From positions 10,044,001 to 10,108,000 of the forward strand of contig NC_092671.1 of the NCBI RefSeq assembly GCF_964355755.1: a stretch of DNA of 64,000 nucleotides, read 5' to 3'. A model generated the notes under the pieces. That model did not search any database. It was not told where the DNA came from and was given only the letters and a program-made list of their open reading frames with translations. Origin of the DNA: Antedon mediterranea (taxonomy: Eukaryota; Animalia; Echinodermata). Each line of letters opens with the position of its first letter. The stretch's first letter is position 1. A program made the position numbers and the translations under genes. Positions 45,601 through 59,175 of this stretch are shown in pieces.

Positions 45601-48600
45601 TGGATAATTCTTTTTATTTCCATTTACTTGTGATGTGATAAAAAAAAAGAACATATTGAATTTGTAGGGTTTTCATATAAAATGAATACTGTTAATTTAT
45701 TTTTGTTTAAACCATAATTGAAAAAAAAAACCCCCATCTGAATTATAATGTAAACATAGATGAAATGTTCTCCTCAATACAAATTCAATTTACACGTTAA
45801 ACAGGCAAGGATATCTAATGCAAGCAACTACAATAATCTCTACAGAAACCATGATAGCTTGAAGCTATACAAGACGATGTCTCAAGGGAAATGCATACAT
45901 TAGATCTTATCATTATTACAATTGCACTGGCTTCGTCGTCGTAAAGTGTGCTACTATCGTAATAATAGTGGAAAAACTATGTTGTCTTAAAATTTCAGTT
46001 ATTTTTATAGTATGGTAAATAGCAGAGCGTTCTAGTTTTTTCCATACAAAGCTATATGTAATTTTGTTCTAGATAGCATTACAGAATTGTGTATGCTAAT
46101 TTCATTTACTGTATATTGTAATAAATTGTATGGACTGTAGTGAATGAATGATATAGATTTTTTTCAACCAATAAATATACATTATCAGGGATGCAGCTAT
46201 ATAGTGGGTTTCAAAAACATAACTGGATTGAAAAAATTATAAAAATAAATAAAACAGTACTTTTCAGGTACCTACTGTATATGTCAGCGCTATGTTGGGT
46301 GAAAGACCTTAAGCTTTAGGCTGGGTAGAAGACTTTGAAGTTCCCGCCGAGCACAATCACATCCATGACATTTGTTCACACTACAGACTAGACAGTACAA
46401 TGTACCCTTTAGCATAAATATTATTAGGGTTTTATCTGGGATGTTTAGGAGGTAACAATTCACAGGTTTATTACACTGATATTCAAAACACCTGAGGCAA
46501 AAAAAGATACAATGTTTTCTCAGGTGAAAAATAACCCACATTATCCATCCATGCATGTAGAATCCAACCCCTGGCTAACAATGTACGCATTTCATAATTG
46601 TATTATGACAGAATTTTTAGGAGCATCAGCTTGTTGTGTTTAGTGAGTATTCTTTATGTGTGAACACTGGTATGATAACAGCTTCATTAGGCTTTGTGTC
46701 GGCTGGATAGGTCTATAGAATTCTTCCGTTAATGTTTAACTAATTGAATTTGTAGATTTAACTTGCACGGTTCAATTCAATTTGTACATTTCACAGGTGA
46801 TATTATCAGTAAAACCTTCAGGAACCAACAAATCGTCAGTACCTTATTAGGGATGTCCCCTGAATAGAGGTTGATCATAGTGTTAAAACATACTGTACTG
46901 TACCTTGTTTGCGTTTCTCTGAAACGTGTGTACTTACTTAATGTGACACTTGGCTACATCATTCTGGCATTCATGCAATTGTAAATGCATGTAGAGACAT
47001 GTAAAACTTGCAAAGTTAGTCAAACAGGAAAAACATAATTATGTTGGCACGTTCTGTTTTTAATGTTTCAAAAATATAGCTCTGAGTTGGCCAATGATAA
47101 ATCCATCAATCCAACTTCAAAAGTATATGAAATGAAAGAACATCAAATAGTTTTGTAATTGTACACATCTTGAATTATTGCTGCTTTTTACATGGTCAAA
47201 TTGAATGCAAGTGTTTCTAGATTTAAACTAGGCTAGCACCACTGCTATTCTTGTGATGTGATATAGTGTAAGAGCTGTTTTATGACCTGAACAGCACCAC
47301 TTCTAAGCCTTATAATGAAACCCAGATTTTTAATAAAGCATGGGATAGTTCCCATCCATTAAATAAATAGTTTTAACATTGCTAGGTATTACTGGTGTTT
47401 AGAATAGAAGAATTGGTTCTTGTTTTTTGAAGGAATACTTTGGTAAACAATATAACATATTGTTGGCTACTTTAAAATATGTGATACCAATAATAGCCTT
47501 ATGAATATTACACTGTTAAAATATTAATAAAAATAATAAATAATACATTAGGTTTTTATGGTAAATGTGGGTTATTGAACTATTTTCAATGTACTTTATA
47601 ATTCTAGATACATTGAATTTTTTGCAGTCAAATGTATTCTCTTATTTTAGTATCTGTACGTAATTCATTGAAATTATGCTGATTTTTATAATTTAAAATA
47701 AATTTTTCTCTCACTCCTTGTGCAATATTATATATGGCTTTATGTTAGTTGCTGTATGACTGTAGAGCTAGTTTTATACAATTACCTTTAATTGCACTAC
47801 TTATTAATAATTTGATTGATAAATCTTGTTTTGATTAAATTGCTCAGAATTCTCTTGAAAACAACATTTATTTTAATTGGAAGTCATTAAGAGTTGTTGA
47901 TAATCTTCTAAAATTAGATTTCAATTTAAATAAATGATCACTTAACGAAGATTAATATAGTTGACCTAATTGGATTCGCAACCATCATGCCAGTTAGTTT
48001 TTATCATGTTTTCCTTGATTTTGTTTCACGTAGCCAGATTTTTGTTTAGTTTTTAGCAAGATGGAAATGGAGTGATGTTTGTATTGATTTTGGAAATTAA
48101 TGGTCACAGCCTTAAACGCTGTGTTAAGAGTTGACCCATCTATGGTTGACCTGCTGTTAGCCACTGTAAACCAATCTGTAAATGAATTAGTACAATTCCT
48201 TACAGATGATGAAGATTATGGTGATGATGCGTTTCATAATATTAGCAAGAAGTAGTAATTTCCAGTTGTCATCAAGTAGGCATTGTCTTCAGAGTAGAGT
48301 AAGCAAACCTGTAGGTCATGTTATTGTTCTCTGTATCTTCCTTAATATAAGATGGTTGAGTGAGATCTGCACATCATTCTCATCATCTTTTTAACTATTA
48401 AATGGTAACAAAAAACATTTTTAGTGTTTTAGGGAATATAATATAATGTTTGTGTATATATCTATCCTGCTTTCAAATTATATTAATTTATTTTGTTAAA
48501 TATATCTCTAAAAGTCTGGAAAAACAGTAAATAAAAATCCACTAGTTTATTAGGAACCTAGTCAAACTGTTCATCATATAGATGTAATTATTTGCTTTTA

Positions 48601-51600
48601 ATACCATTGCACTTTTATTATTATTTATATTTATGATAAAAATGAACAAAATGACAAACCAGAAAATAATTCATTATTTTACGGCTATTTTACACTACAC
48701 ACTCGTTGATAGTATATAATAAAAATTAGGTATATTTTTGTATATATATCCAACAGTTATTTAAATCTTGCATTACAAGGTATATATTTGTCATCATGGG
48801 GTATCATCATCATTCACTAATTCTGTAGGATATAGCTTGTTCAGAATTGATCGTTGCTACATAATCTCTGCTGTTAAATACCTATTGAGTATTAGTATTT
48901 GTATCTGGCCTTTTGACTTTTACCTAACCTTTATAAAATGTCACTTGTAATGTCCTACTTATGAATTTTCACTTATGTCATCATGTAGGTGATTCTATCA
49001 GATTCCTGTAGCAAACTGGCTGTGCAAATAATATTTGGCATATTTATATTGAAATTTATGTGTGGATCATTTTTAATGTGTATTTAAAGTATATATTCAA
49101 ATCAAATTTGTTTAACCTATTACTTTGGAGGGACAACATATTAAACAATTTTAAAGGAAAACCAGTTTATTACAAAATACAGTACTGGCATAAAATAATT
49201 ACCAAGAAACAACTATAAAATGGTAGCAACTGGCACTATTGTTTTGTTGGTAAAATTCAGAGAAGTATTGTTATTGATTAAAAATTAAATATAGAAAGTA
49301 AATTACGTGAAATTTATTTATAAGTACTGTATTGTACTGATTTTATTGGCACCATAAAACTTTGCCCACGTACAGCACTTTGTTTCCTTTGTTTCTTTTC
49401 ATAGTTTACTTTAGTTCACTATAATCTATTTAAATATACAATAAATTATACATTTTTTTGTTTAATTTTCAAGGATCTGTCATTGTATTTTCATGGGACT
49501 TATTTTAAAGAGACCTGTCACTGTCTATGAAGACAGGAAGGAAGTGACAATAACCCAGATTCTACCAGGGGGTGATAAATCATAAAACAAGTTATTATCA
49601 TATTTTAGAAACAGTTGGTAGTGATGACTAAGGCTGTGTTGAAGACTTTCATTTTAGGAAGTGTTGTGATAATAATTATATATCTTGGTGGGGAAGGATG
49701 ATTTCAGGTCTTGTCTCTATGAATCAGTTATGGTCATTTAAAAAAAAAAATCACTTCAAAGTATACCATGACCTTCATAAACAGTTAAACTTGTGCTACA
49801 GACACCCACAATTATGCTCTGTGTTCAATACAATACCATAATGCTATTAACACTTATTTATCCTGTTCTGGGGCAACTCCAGGCTACAGACGCAAGAGCG
49901 TCATGGTCCAACAAGGTTAAGAGCCCACATCAGCCCATTATTATTGTTGAGGTAAGACATTGTGGCACTTTGGGAAGTCTGATAATATTACTCACAAATG
50001 ATTAACCTTGTAGCTTGAAAAAGTAAATAGTAAACAGAAGTAAACAGAACAAGATATAGTGGATTTTAGTTGTGATACAGTATTTTAAAAAGTAAAACTT
50101 GTGTGGTAGGGATTAGAGGAAGTTGTAAACAATATTACTGTAGTAGTGGGTTGAGAGATTGTCATACACAGTATGTAGGTCATTCACCTTTGATATAGTA
50201 CAAATCGAAAGTACATCAAATTAATAATATAATGACAATTAACTACTGTATATTGCCATGTACATTCTTTAGGTTATTCACCGTTTCATAGTAATCAAAA
50301 TAGCAGACACATAATGTTTTATTATTAGACTTTCATAATTAATAATATACAATTAAAAAAATATAATATACCAATTATGGTGCTAATTGGTTGATATGTG
50401 TAATTATTTCGTTATCTGCAAAGTTACCTTTTGCCTATTATTAACCATCATAAGTTTGTATTACTTGAACATGATGTAACAGCTATATGCATGTATGTAA
50501 TAAATGCAGACATAGAAGTTTATATACTGTACAAATTTATCATATGATTTTCAACATAATGCTTAAAAACATGTAAGCCATTAAAGGATTCATCACTGAT
50601 CATCAAGCCACAAGGGCCATCATCTAACACCTCAACACCTCCAGGAGTATTTATGAGGTTTGGGGAGTGGAGATATTTGCATCACATGACAATCTCATTT
50701 GATTAATATATTATTGCAATCATGGGTTTTACTTACCTAGATATTTCATCATTAAAATTCATTTTTACTATGAGAATTAATGTTTGGTTGTGTTAAGAAT
50801 TGAAAAAATAGGTGTGATCAGTACAGTACATTTTCTGTATTTAAACTACTGTAAGATGATAATATATAAACAGCTGATCAAGTTTCCAATGCTATAGAAT
50901 AACAACAACAGTTGTTTAAAAACAAGTCTCCTACCATAGAGGTATATCACACCTTACCAATAGTATTTAGTAATCAGAGAATTTTACATGGCAGTTTTAC
51001 AGTAGGTTGTGAAATGAAAGTTGGTTTTATAGTTACATTGGCAATAAACCAAAGAAACAATATATGTGAACATTTGGTAGAAGATTCTTACACCTGTGGA
51101 ATCATTTAAGACAATCTTACATCATTTTTCAGAAATGTACTTCATTTCTGGTCCACGTCAGGTGGCACTTGTTTTTGTTGTTGTTTACTACAATGTACTT
51201 TACAAGCTTTGTCTAACTGTTAGGTCATTGTATTAATCATTTCATTAGAAGAAACATTCTTCATGCAATACACTACATAGCAACTTTGTTTTAGAGCCAA
51301 AATAATCTGCCCCTTGGCTGACTCCTTTCTTGGAATTTCACCACATAGTACATTCATCTTTGTACTATGTAAGGTGTTATTTGACTCATCAGTCAAAGAT
51401 GATACACAAGATATAAATCATTCTACCATAAATGAATATGATACTGAATAATGTCCTGTTCTTTGAATGTCATCTTAAGGACACAAAAATGTATATATTA
51501 ACTAGTATATGGTAATTTATTTAATTTACCTTTAATTCCTTGCAGGTTTGTTTATCATCATAGCCCTATGCATATACCCGATTGGCTGGGGATCAGATGC

Positions 51601-51805
51601 GGTCCAGCAGGTATGCGGAGAAGATGCAGCGCCCTTCCAAGTCGGCGATTGCCGAGTCGGATGGGCCTACTTCACAGCGATGGGATCTACAGTGTTATTA
51701 TTTGTTTGTTCCGTACTATCCGTTCAAGCAGATATATCAACCTCACAGGACGAAATTCAAGATGAGATCAACAAAGGCAAATCGTTGATTTGTCTCTGTT
51801 GGTAG
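42689..51805 (+). CDS. LHFPL2: LHFPL tetraspan subfamily member 2-like, 232 aa, 2 coding exons
   Basis: Exons 42689-43127 and 51546-51805 (phase 1, GT-AG). N-terminus MCFVIVTSRSLLWSLLS..PYWLIG, KSIFTVSGFLQAVAG, YPIGWGS..VCG...C.VGWAY and C-terminus EIQDEINKGKSLICL match the LHFPL2 pattern; four hydrophobic segments. Confidence 0.92.
44240..44534 (-). mobile_element. tRNA-derived SINE with Deu-domain-like core and (TCAA)n tail, 5'-truncated
   Basis: Minus strand: B-box GGTTCGAG, core CTCGGATAAGGACTATAAACCGTAGGTCC...TTAAAGAACC...CTTTCGAGACGAGTAGGGGGGTTACCCCGGTGT and tail tcaatcaatcaat. Flanked by identical 103-bp direct repeats. Confidence 0.8.
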
Positions 51806-52088
51806 ATGTACTTAAGCATGAAACTTTCAGTACTTGAGAAGATCCACAATTTAGCTCATATTTAGATGGCTTAAGTTACAGAGATTGCAAGGGACCATGT
51901 CTACATTTTTCTACTGCAGTTACTGCAGTATCTACATTTTGTTTACTTTTTAACCTGGTTGTAAGCTTTTTTTATTGCAGTAAAAAAGCAGTATTATAAT
52001 TTGACATTTTAATACACATGCCACATAGTTTTCTATTAACAAGGTTGCTAGTACTAGTAGGCCTACTGTAATTTAAATATGCTTATTG

Positions 52089-52485
52089 CAGACCTCCCAA
52101 CTCTCCCAATAATATACCCATATTTGTAGTCATCTCCCACTAAAAAACAATTTCTCCCGAAATTTTAGATAAACATACGAAATATCTCCATAATTTATAA
52201 TATCTACTGCCGCTAGGCTCTAGATATAGATAAGAGATTATTACAAAACTACTAACAATAATATCGGTCCATAATTATATAATATATAATAATATTGAGT
52301 TGGTACCGCGTTTTCCGCCTATGGCACGCCATGACATACGCATGCTTACTATTATAGATGCTGCAATATCTTTCTATTTTTTAATAGTGCCCTCTATGAT
52401 TTGAGGTAATTTTAAAAGCACCCTCTATAGTTTGGACATACTTTAATAAATACCGATATTTAATTTTTTCAAGTTGGGTGGTCTG
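52089..52485. mobile_element. hAT-like MITE, 397 bp, downstream of the LHFPL2 stop
   Basis: TIR CAGACC(T/A)CCCAACT; flanking direct repeat TTATTG (6 bp). Confidence 0.65.
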
Positions 52486-53041
52486 TTATTGGGGGTTAAA
52501 CGCTATGTTAATAAGGTGTTATTTAAATTGTTTTTTATCCATCTGTAATTCTTGTAATAGATGATTAGACAATTCTTAGTAATTATATTCATTATAATTT
52601 ATTTTAATAATATTACTTTTTTGAGGAAATACCAAAGAAAAACATAAAGAATATTTTACCCAAGGTTTGTTTTTTTATTATTTTTTATTAAATTTTTCTC
52701 AAATATTCTGTATACCTTGATTTGTATCTCCTTTAATAGTTTTATCCAGTAATTATTTAATAAGATATTATAGATATTAATAGATGTTATTTATTGTATT
52801 ATATTTATTTAAAATGGTTTTATGGAAAGAACTAACTGTGAATAGGCATCAACTGCATAGCTCATGTTATAGAGGATACATGGTTTTCTGTACTATAGAG
52901 GGTGTGCTACATCTGGTTTTGTTTGAGACAATAATTTTGCAACATTTTTCTGATCAGATGGATAGCAAAGTGAATTTTAATATTGCATTTTCGATTCTCA
53001 TATATACACATTTTCTTTCTCTTAAAGAGGAAATATATATA

Positions 53042-54213
53042 TTTTGAGTATAGAGTATACTTTTAAGTATAGAGAGTATACTTTTGAGTATAGAGTATAC
53101 TTTAAGTATAGAGTATACTTTAAGTATAGAGTATACTTTTGAGTATAGAGTATACTTCTGAGTATAGAGTATACTTTTAAGTATAGAGTATACTTTTAAG
53201 TATAGAGTATACTTTTGAGTATAGAGTATACTTTTAAGTATAGAGTATACTTTAAGTATAGAGAGTATACTTTAAGTATAGAGTATACTTTAAGTATAGA
53301 GTATACTTTAAGTATAGAGTATACTTTAAGTATAGAGTATACTTTTGAGTATAGAGTATACTTCTGAGTATAGAGCATACTTTAAGTATAGAGTATACTT
53401 TTGAGTATAGAGTATACTTTTAAGTATAGAGTATACTTTAAGTATAGAGTATACTTTAAGTATAGAGTATACTTTAAGTATAGAGTATACTTCTGAGTAT
53501 AGAGTATACTTTAAGTATAGAGTATACTTTAAGTATAGAGTATACTTTATGTATAGAGTATACTTCTGAGTATAGAGTATACTTTAAGTATAGAGTATAC
53601 TTTTGAGTATAGAGTATACTTTTAAGTATAGAGTATACTTTTAAGTATAGAGTATACTTTTGAGTATAGAGTATACTTTTGAGTATAGAGTATACTTTAA
53701 GTATAGAGTATACTTTAAGTATAGAGTATACTTTGAAGTATAGAGTATACTTTGAAGTATAGAGTATACTTTTGAGTATAGAGTATACTTTGAAGTATAG
53801 AGTATACTTTTGAGTATAGAGTATACTTTGAAGTATAGAGTATACTTTAAGTATAGAGTATACTTTGAAGTATAGAGTATACTTTAAGTATAGAGTATAC
53901 TTTTGAGTATAGAGTATACTTTTATGTATAGAGTATACTTTAAGTATAGAGTATACTTTTGAGTATAGAGTATACTTTTGAGTATAGAGTATACTTTGAA
54001 GTATAGAGTATACTTTAAGTATAGAGTATACTTTTGAGTATAGAGTATACTTTGAAGTATAGAGTATACTTTAAGTATAGAGTATACTTTTGAGTATAGA
54101 GTATACTTTTATGTATAGAGTATACTTTTGAGTATAGAGTATACTTTTGAGTATAGAGTTTACTTTTGAGTATAGAGTATAGCTTTGAGTATAGAGTATA
54201 GCTTTGAGTATAG
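53042..54213. repeat. 17-18-bp palindromic minisatellite (AAGTATAGAGTATACTT), roughly 65 copies
   Basis: Uninterrupted array with variants ttt.aag / ttttgag / ttctgag / tttgaag. Confidence 0.97.
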
Positions 54214-55609
54214 ATTTTACTGCAAGCAAATTGATTTGGTTTTATGAAAGCACATAAAGAAACAGTTACACAAGTAAAACAAGATTTTTAAAATATACGA
54301 AACTATCTTTAGAATACTGTACAATAAAATATAAATGCTCATGCATTTGACATTTCCCGTGAGAATTTTTAACAAGTTTGCTTGATTTATTGTGAAATAT
54401 GATCAGGGCGAAATTAATCATATTAAAGGGTATGACATATGAAATGATATGAATGTTAAACAATCCGTTTATGACTGTTGCCATGGTGATGTAAAAAACC
54501 AATTTCATCCAAGGTCTTTGCCAATCAGGTTGTGAACCAAAGGATGGTTTTAATTTTCTACTAGGATCACATTTTTGAGAAAAAAAATATTTACAATTAT
54601 TTGTCAAGAATCATAAGTAGTAGTAGTGGTCTGTATTCATATATACTGTACATACATTTTTCAACATTTTTACCTTCCTTTTGGAATAGGCAGTTTTACT
54701 AAATGTGAAATGTAGAATGACACTGTAAAAGGAGGTATTGCATAGTAACAAATTCACCTAGCCTCTTTTTCTATCACATCATTTGTGATATTAACCTACA
54801 GACTGTTAAATGTCTTCCATTTTTGTCATAAAAAAAAGAAGACATTTTATTATAAAACAAGTGTGTTTTTGCTGTGATTTTCATACGTTTTTAGACAAAT
54901 TTATAAAAACAAACTGGCCTTAATTAGACATAGAGATTTTAGATTCTAAATCCTCTAACATATTTGATTTATATAATATAAATAATATATAATCCTTGTT
55001 ATTTAATCAACAAATATATTTATAATATTAATAATAGTGTATAATATTGTATAGAGTAGTATTTAGGGTTATAAACAAAATGTACAGGATATAACACATT
55101 GATGACTAGTATAAACTATTGAGTGCAAGCTAATTGTATTAAGTACTTAAATAAATAGTTCTCCTTCCCAAGAACGTATTTTAATGTGTTAAGGGAAACT
55201 CATACACACAGTAATGATGAATATAGTTTTTTTTCCTTCAAAATTGCCCCTTACAATTTGATAAATGTTGGTTCTTATGCTAATGCAATCCAAATCATTT
55301 TTATGTCAACATATTAATCATGTTAATTGCTTCTAATGTATGTAAATAGAATCATAAATATTCATATGAAATTATGAATATTTTATTCCAAAAACGATTT
55401 CATTTTTGTTTATTCTCGAAATCCTGTAAATATGTTATATTTCTTGACTTGAAGACTGTATATATTGGGTGTTTTTATTTTTCTTTGGTTGTATTTAATT
55501 CTTGAATGTCTCTATATATCATGTCCTTTTATTACATTAAAATGTGAAATTATGTCACTAGTTCCATTTGGATGTTTTATTTTTAACTGGTTACGATGAC
55601 AGGGTAATA

Positions 55610-57375
55610 CAGGGATTTTTTTTGTAAAATGGGCAAATTTCAACCCTTTTTTTATAACTGGTTAATAAAGCATAATTGACATGCGCAGATCACATTATTC
55701 GACTCTGCGCATGTTAATTACGATATAGTAACCAGTTATGTCAAAAAATAAAAGGGCAAAAATTGGCCATTTTTCGAAAATTTCCATGTACTATAGCACA
55801 GGGATTTTTTCCAAAAATGGGCAAATTTCTACCTTTTTTATTTTTCGATATAACTGGTTAGTAAAGCATAATTGACATACGCAGAACACATTATTCGACT
55901 CTGCGCATGTTAATTATGATATAGTAACCAGTTATGTAAAAAAATAAAAGGGCGAAAATTAGCCATTTTTAGAAAATTTCCCTGTAATATAGCACAGGGA
56001 TTTTTTCCATAAATGGGCAAATTTCGACCTTTTTAGTTTTCAATATAACTGGTTAGTAAAGCATAATTGACATGCGCAGAACACATTATTCGACTCTGCG
56101 CATGTTAATTATGATATAGTAACCAGTTATGTCACAAAATAAAAGGGCGAAAATTAGCCATTTTTCAAAAATTTTCCTGTACTATAGCAAAGGGATTTTT
56201 TCCAAAAATGGGCAAATTTCGACCTTTTTATTTTTTCGATATATCTGGTTAGTAAAGCATAATTGACATGCGCAGAACACATTATTCGACTCTGCGCATG
56301 TTAATTATGATATAGTAACCAGTTATGTCAAAAAATAAAAGAGCAAAAATTAGCCATTTTTCGAAAATTTCCATGTACTATAGCACAGGGATTTTTTCCA
56401 AAAATGGGCAAATTTCGACATTTTTTTTTTCGATATAACTGGTTAGTAAAGCATAATTGACATGCGCAGAACACATTATTCGACTCTGCGCATGTTAATT
56501 ATGATATAGTAACCAGCTATGTAAAAAAATAAAATGGCGAAAATTAGTCATTTTTCGAAAATTTACCTGTACTATAGCACACGGATTTTTTCCAAAAATG
56601 GGCAAATTTTGACCTTTTTATTTTTCGATATAACTGGTTAGTAAAGCATAATTGACATGCGCAGAACACATTATTCGACTCTGCGCATTTCAATTACGAT
56701 ATAGAAAAATAAAAGGGTAGAAAATTGGCCATTTTTCGAAAATTTCCATGTACTATAGCACAGGGATTTTCTCCAAAAATGGGCAAATTTCGACCTTTTT
56801 TTTTCTCGATATAACTGGTTAGTAAAACATAATTGACATGCGCAGAACACATTAATCGACTCTGCGCATGTTAATTATGATATAGTGTAAAAAAATAAAA
56901 GGGTGAAAATTAGCCATTTTTCGAAAATTTTCCTGTACTATAGTACAGGGATTTTTTCCAAAAATGGGCAAATTTCGACCTTTTTATTTTTCTATATAAC
57001 TGGTTAGTAAAGCATAATTGACATGCGCAGAACACATTATTCGACTCTGCGCATGTTAATTATGATATAGTAACCAGTTATGTCAAAAAATAAAAGGGTG
57101 AAAATTAGCCATTTTTCGAAAATTTTCCTGTACTATAGTACAGGGATTTTTTCCAAAAATGGGCAAATTTCGACCTTTTTATTTTTCTATATAACTGGTT
57201 AGTAAAGCATAATTGACATGCGCAGAACACATTATTCGACTCTGCGCATGTTAATTACGATATAGTAACCAGTTATGTCAAAAAATAAAAGGGTCGAAAA
57301 TTGGTCATTTTTCGAAAATTTCCCACGGATTTTTTCAAAAAATTGGCAAATTTCGACCGTTTTTTCAATTTTTTG
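55610..57375. repeat. Tandem array of about 195-bp units (9 plus a partial), each a foldback/MITE-like palindrome
   Basis: Units start CAGGGATTTTTT at about 55610, 55798, 55995, 56189, 56385, 56581, 56761, 56946 and 57141, end AAAATTTCCCTG-like, and are separated by TACTATAGCA. Confidence 0.95.
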
Positions 57376-58384
57376 ACAGTGCATAGATACATAGTATCAA
57401 ACAAGCAGTCAGACAGACAAACATTCACATACCACTGGTCTACTTCTATCTATGACCAATACAAAAAAAATTAAACATTTGTATGATAAACTCTATTGGG
57501 ATTTCTAAGCTAACAATGTGAATTTATTAAGTTTGAGGAATTTATTAAAATGGTTGTGAGAGGTGAACATGCCTTAAGGAGATGAACACCTGTTAAGGAA
57601 AACATGCTTAATTGTACATTTTGTTAATTAGTATAAATTCCAAGATTGTATAAAGTACTAGATTGGAAACTTGAATGCTGTTTGTCTGACCCTTAATCCA
57701 GGGCGTTTATACTTGCATATAAAGTTAAATGGGTGCTTATAAAGTATTAATTTTTAATGGAAGGAATGTACCTCCGTCACAAGCATTAGCAAAATCATAA
57801 AATTGAAACCTATTTATTCTAATTTTTTATATTTAGCTTTCTCAATTCATTACTAAATAAAAATAATATTTACATTTTTCTATGAGCCAAAAGCATGTTG
57901 TACACAAACACATCCAGGACAAAGGACTTCTTGGGAGAGGTAATTAAAAGCTATTTTTACACAAAAATGAAATTCAAAACAAATTATTCATATTAATTTA
58001 TTCATTTCTTTTTGATACCTTTAACAATTTCAGAAAACATATATAATGTGCCAACATTGTTTTTAATAGTGTACAATAAATCCTAACCTTCCATTAACAC
58101 ATTTCTGTTAGTATTGTTAGTTGGTTATTTTTTATTAGAAGTTAAAACGACTACAATATATGAAGCATCATCATTTCAGCTCTATGTATCTTAACAGCCA
58201 AATATTACCCACATTGTCCAATCAATAAAAATAGTAACAAAAGCCTTTAAAATATTAGTACTTGTATATACATCTTTTTTTATATCGTAAAAGAGCAACA
58301 AAATAAATATGTATGTATTCTCATCCTTTTATTTGTTAATATTATATTTTCTATTGTTGATATAAAGGCACAGGTACAGAAGGC

Positions 58385-58576
58385 CTAAAACGTGCAGTAG
58401 CGATGCAACGTAATGCAACGCTACGACGTATTGGCTCTGTATTGCGTAATCACAAGTGGGAACCGGCGACGTAGCAATCCTGCAAACATCGCAGGTTTGA
58501 TTTCACGGAGACGAGGGCAAACACAATTATTGGAAGGGCATTTTCTTACATTGTGTCGCTAGTGGGAATCACGCTT
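58385..58576. mobile_element. Probable degenerate MITE
   Basis: CpG-rich island with gcaacg repeats in AT-rich DNA, ending tcgctagtgggaatcacgctt; left TIR degenerate. Confidence 0.35.
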
Positions 58577-59175
58577 AAACAAAGGAAGAATCTTCAGCAC
58601 CACTATTTAAATGCAACACAAATAAAAATAATACAGATAAATAATAAATTATATCAAACAAACTTATTTCATTGAACTATTACAGCAAAATGATTGAGAA
58701 TTATTTTCTCCACTACTTAATTGTAGATTATATCCAATATTGTTCTTAATATGTTTCAATCTCATCTCATAATGACATCTCAAACAGGTAATTTACAATT
58801 GAATTTATTTGAACACATTGGAATGAATTATAGTTGTGTAGAATGCAATGATTTAGAAAACAACTTTGCACATTTAATACTATAATTTGTAACAATAGAC
58901 CTGTAAACATGTTAGTCTTCACGAACATAATACTTCCTGAGTTGTTTTTCAAGTGTAAATTAGATAATTTGAGGAAACATTATCTTTCTTGCATATCATA
59001 TAAATATAGTTTAGTTATCTTGATAATATATATGTTATGGTGTTTTTGTAAATGATCAGTATACACAGTGTCACCAAGTGTTTATCCGTACATACTTACA
59101 TAATGCTTTGTGAGTGGCATTAATATCTGTGAGAGTATACTTAGCATAACAATAATAAGCATTTTATTCCTCATC

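Noticed and set aside
53196-53378. ORF with repeated KVYSIL
   Set aside because: It is a translation of the 17-bp minisatellite.
57382-57454. CATAGATA...TATCTATG mini-element, and a similar weak palindrome at about 54929-54960
   Set aside because: No target-site duplication and short or imperfect arms, so they cannot be distinguished from chance.
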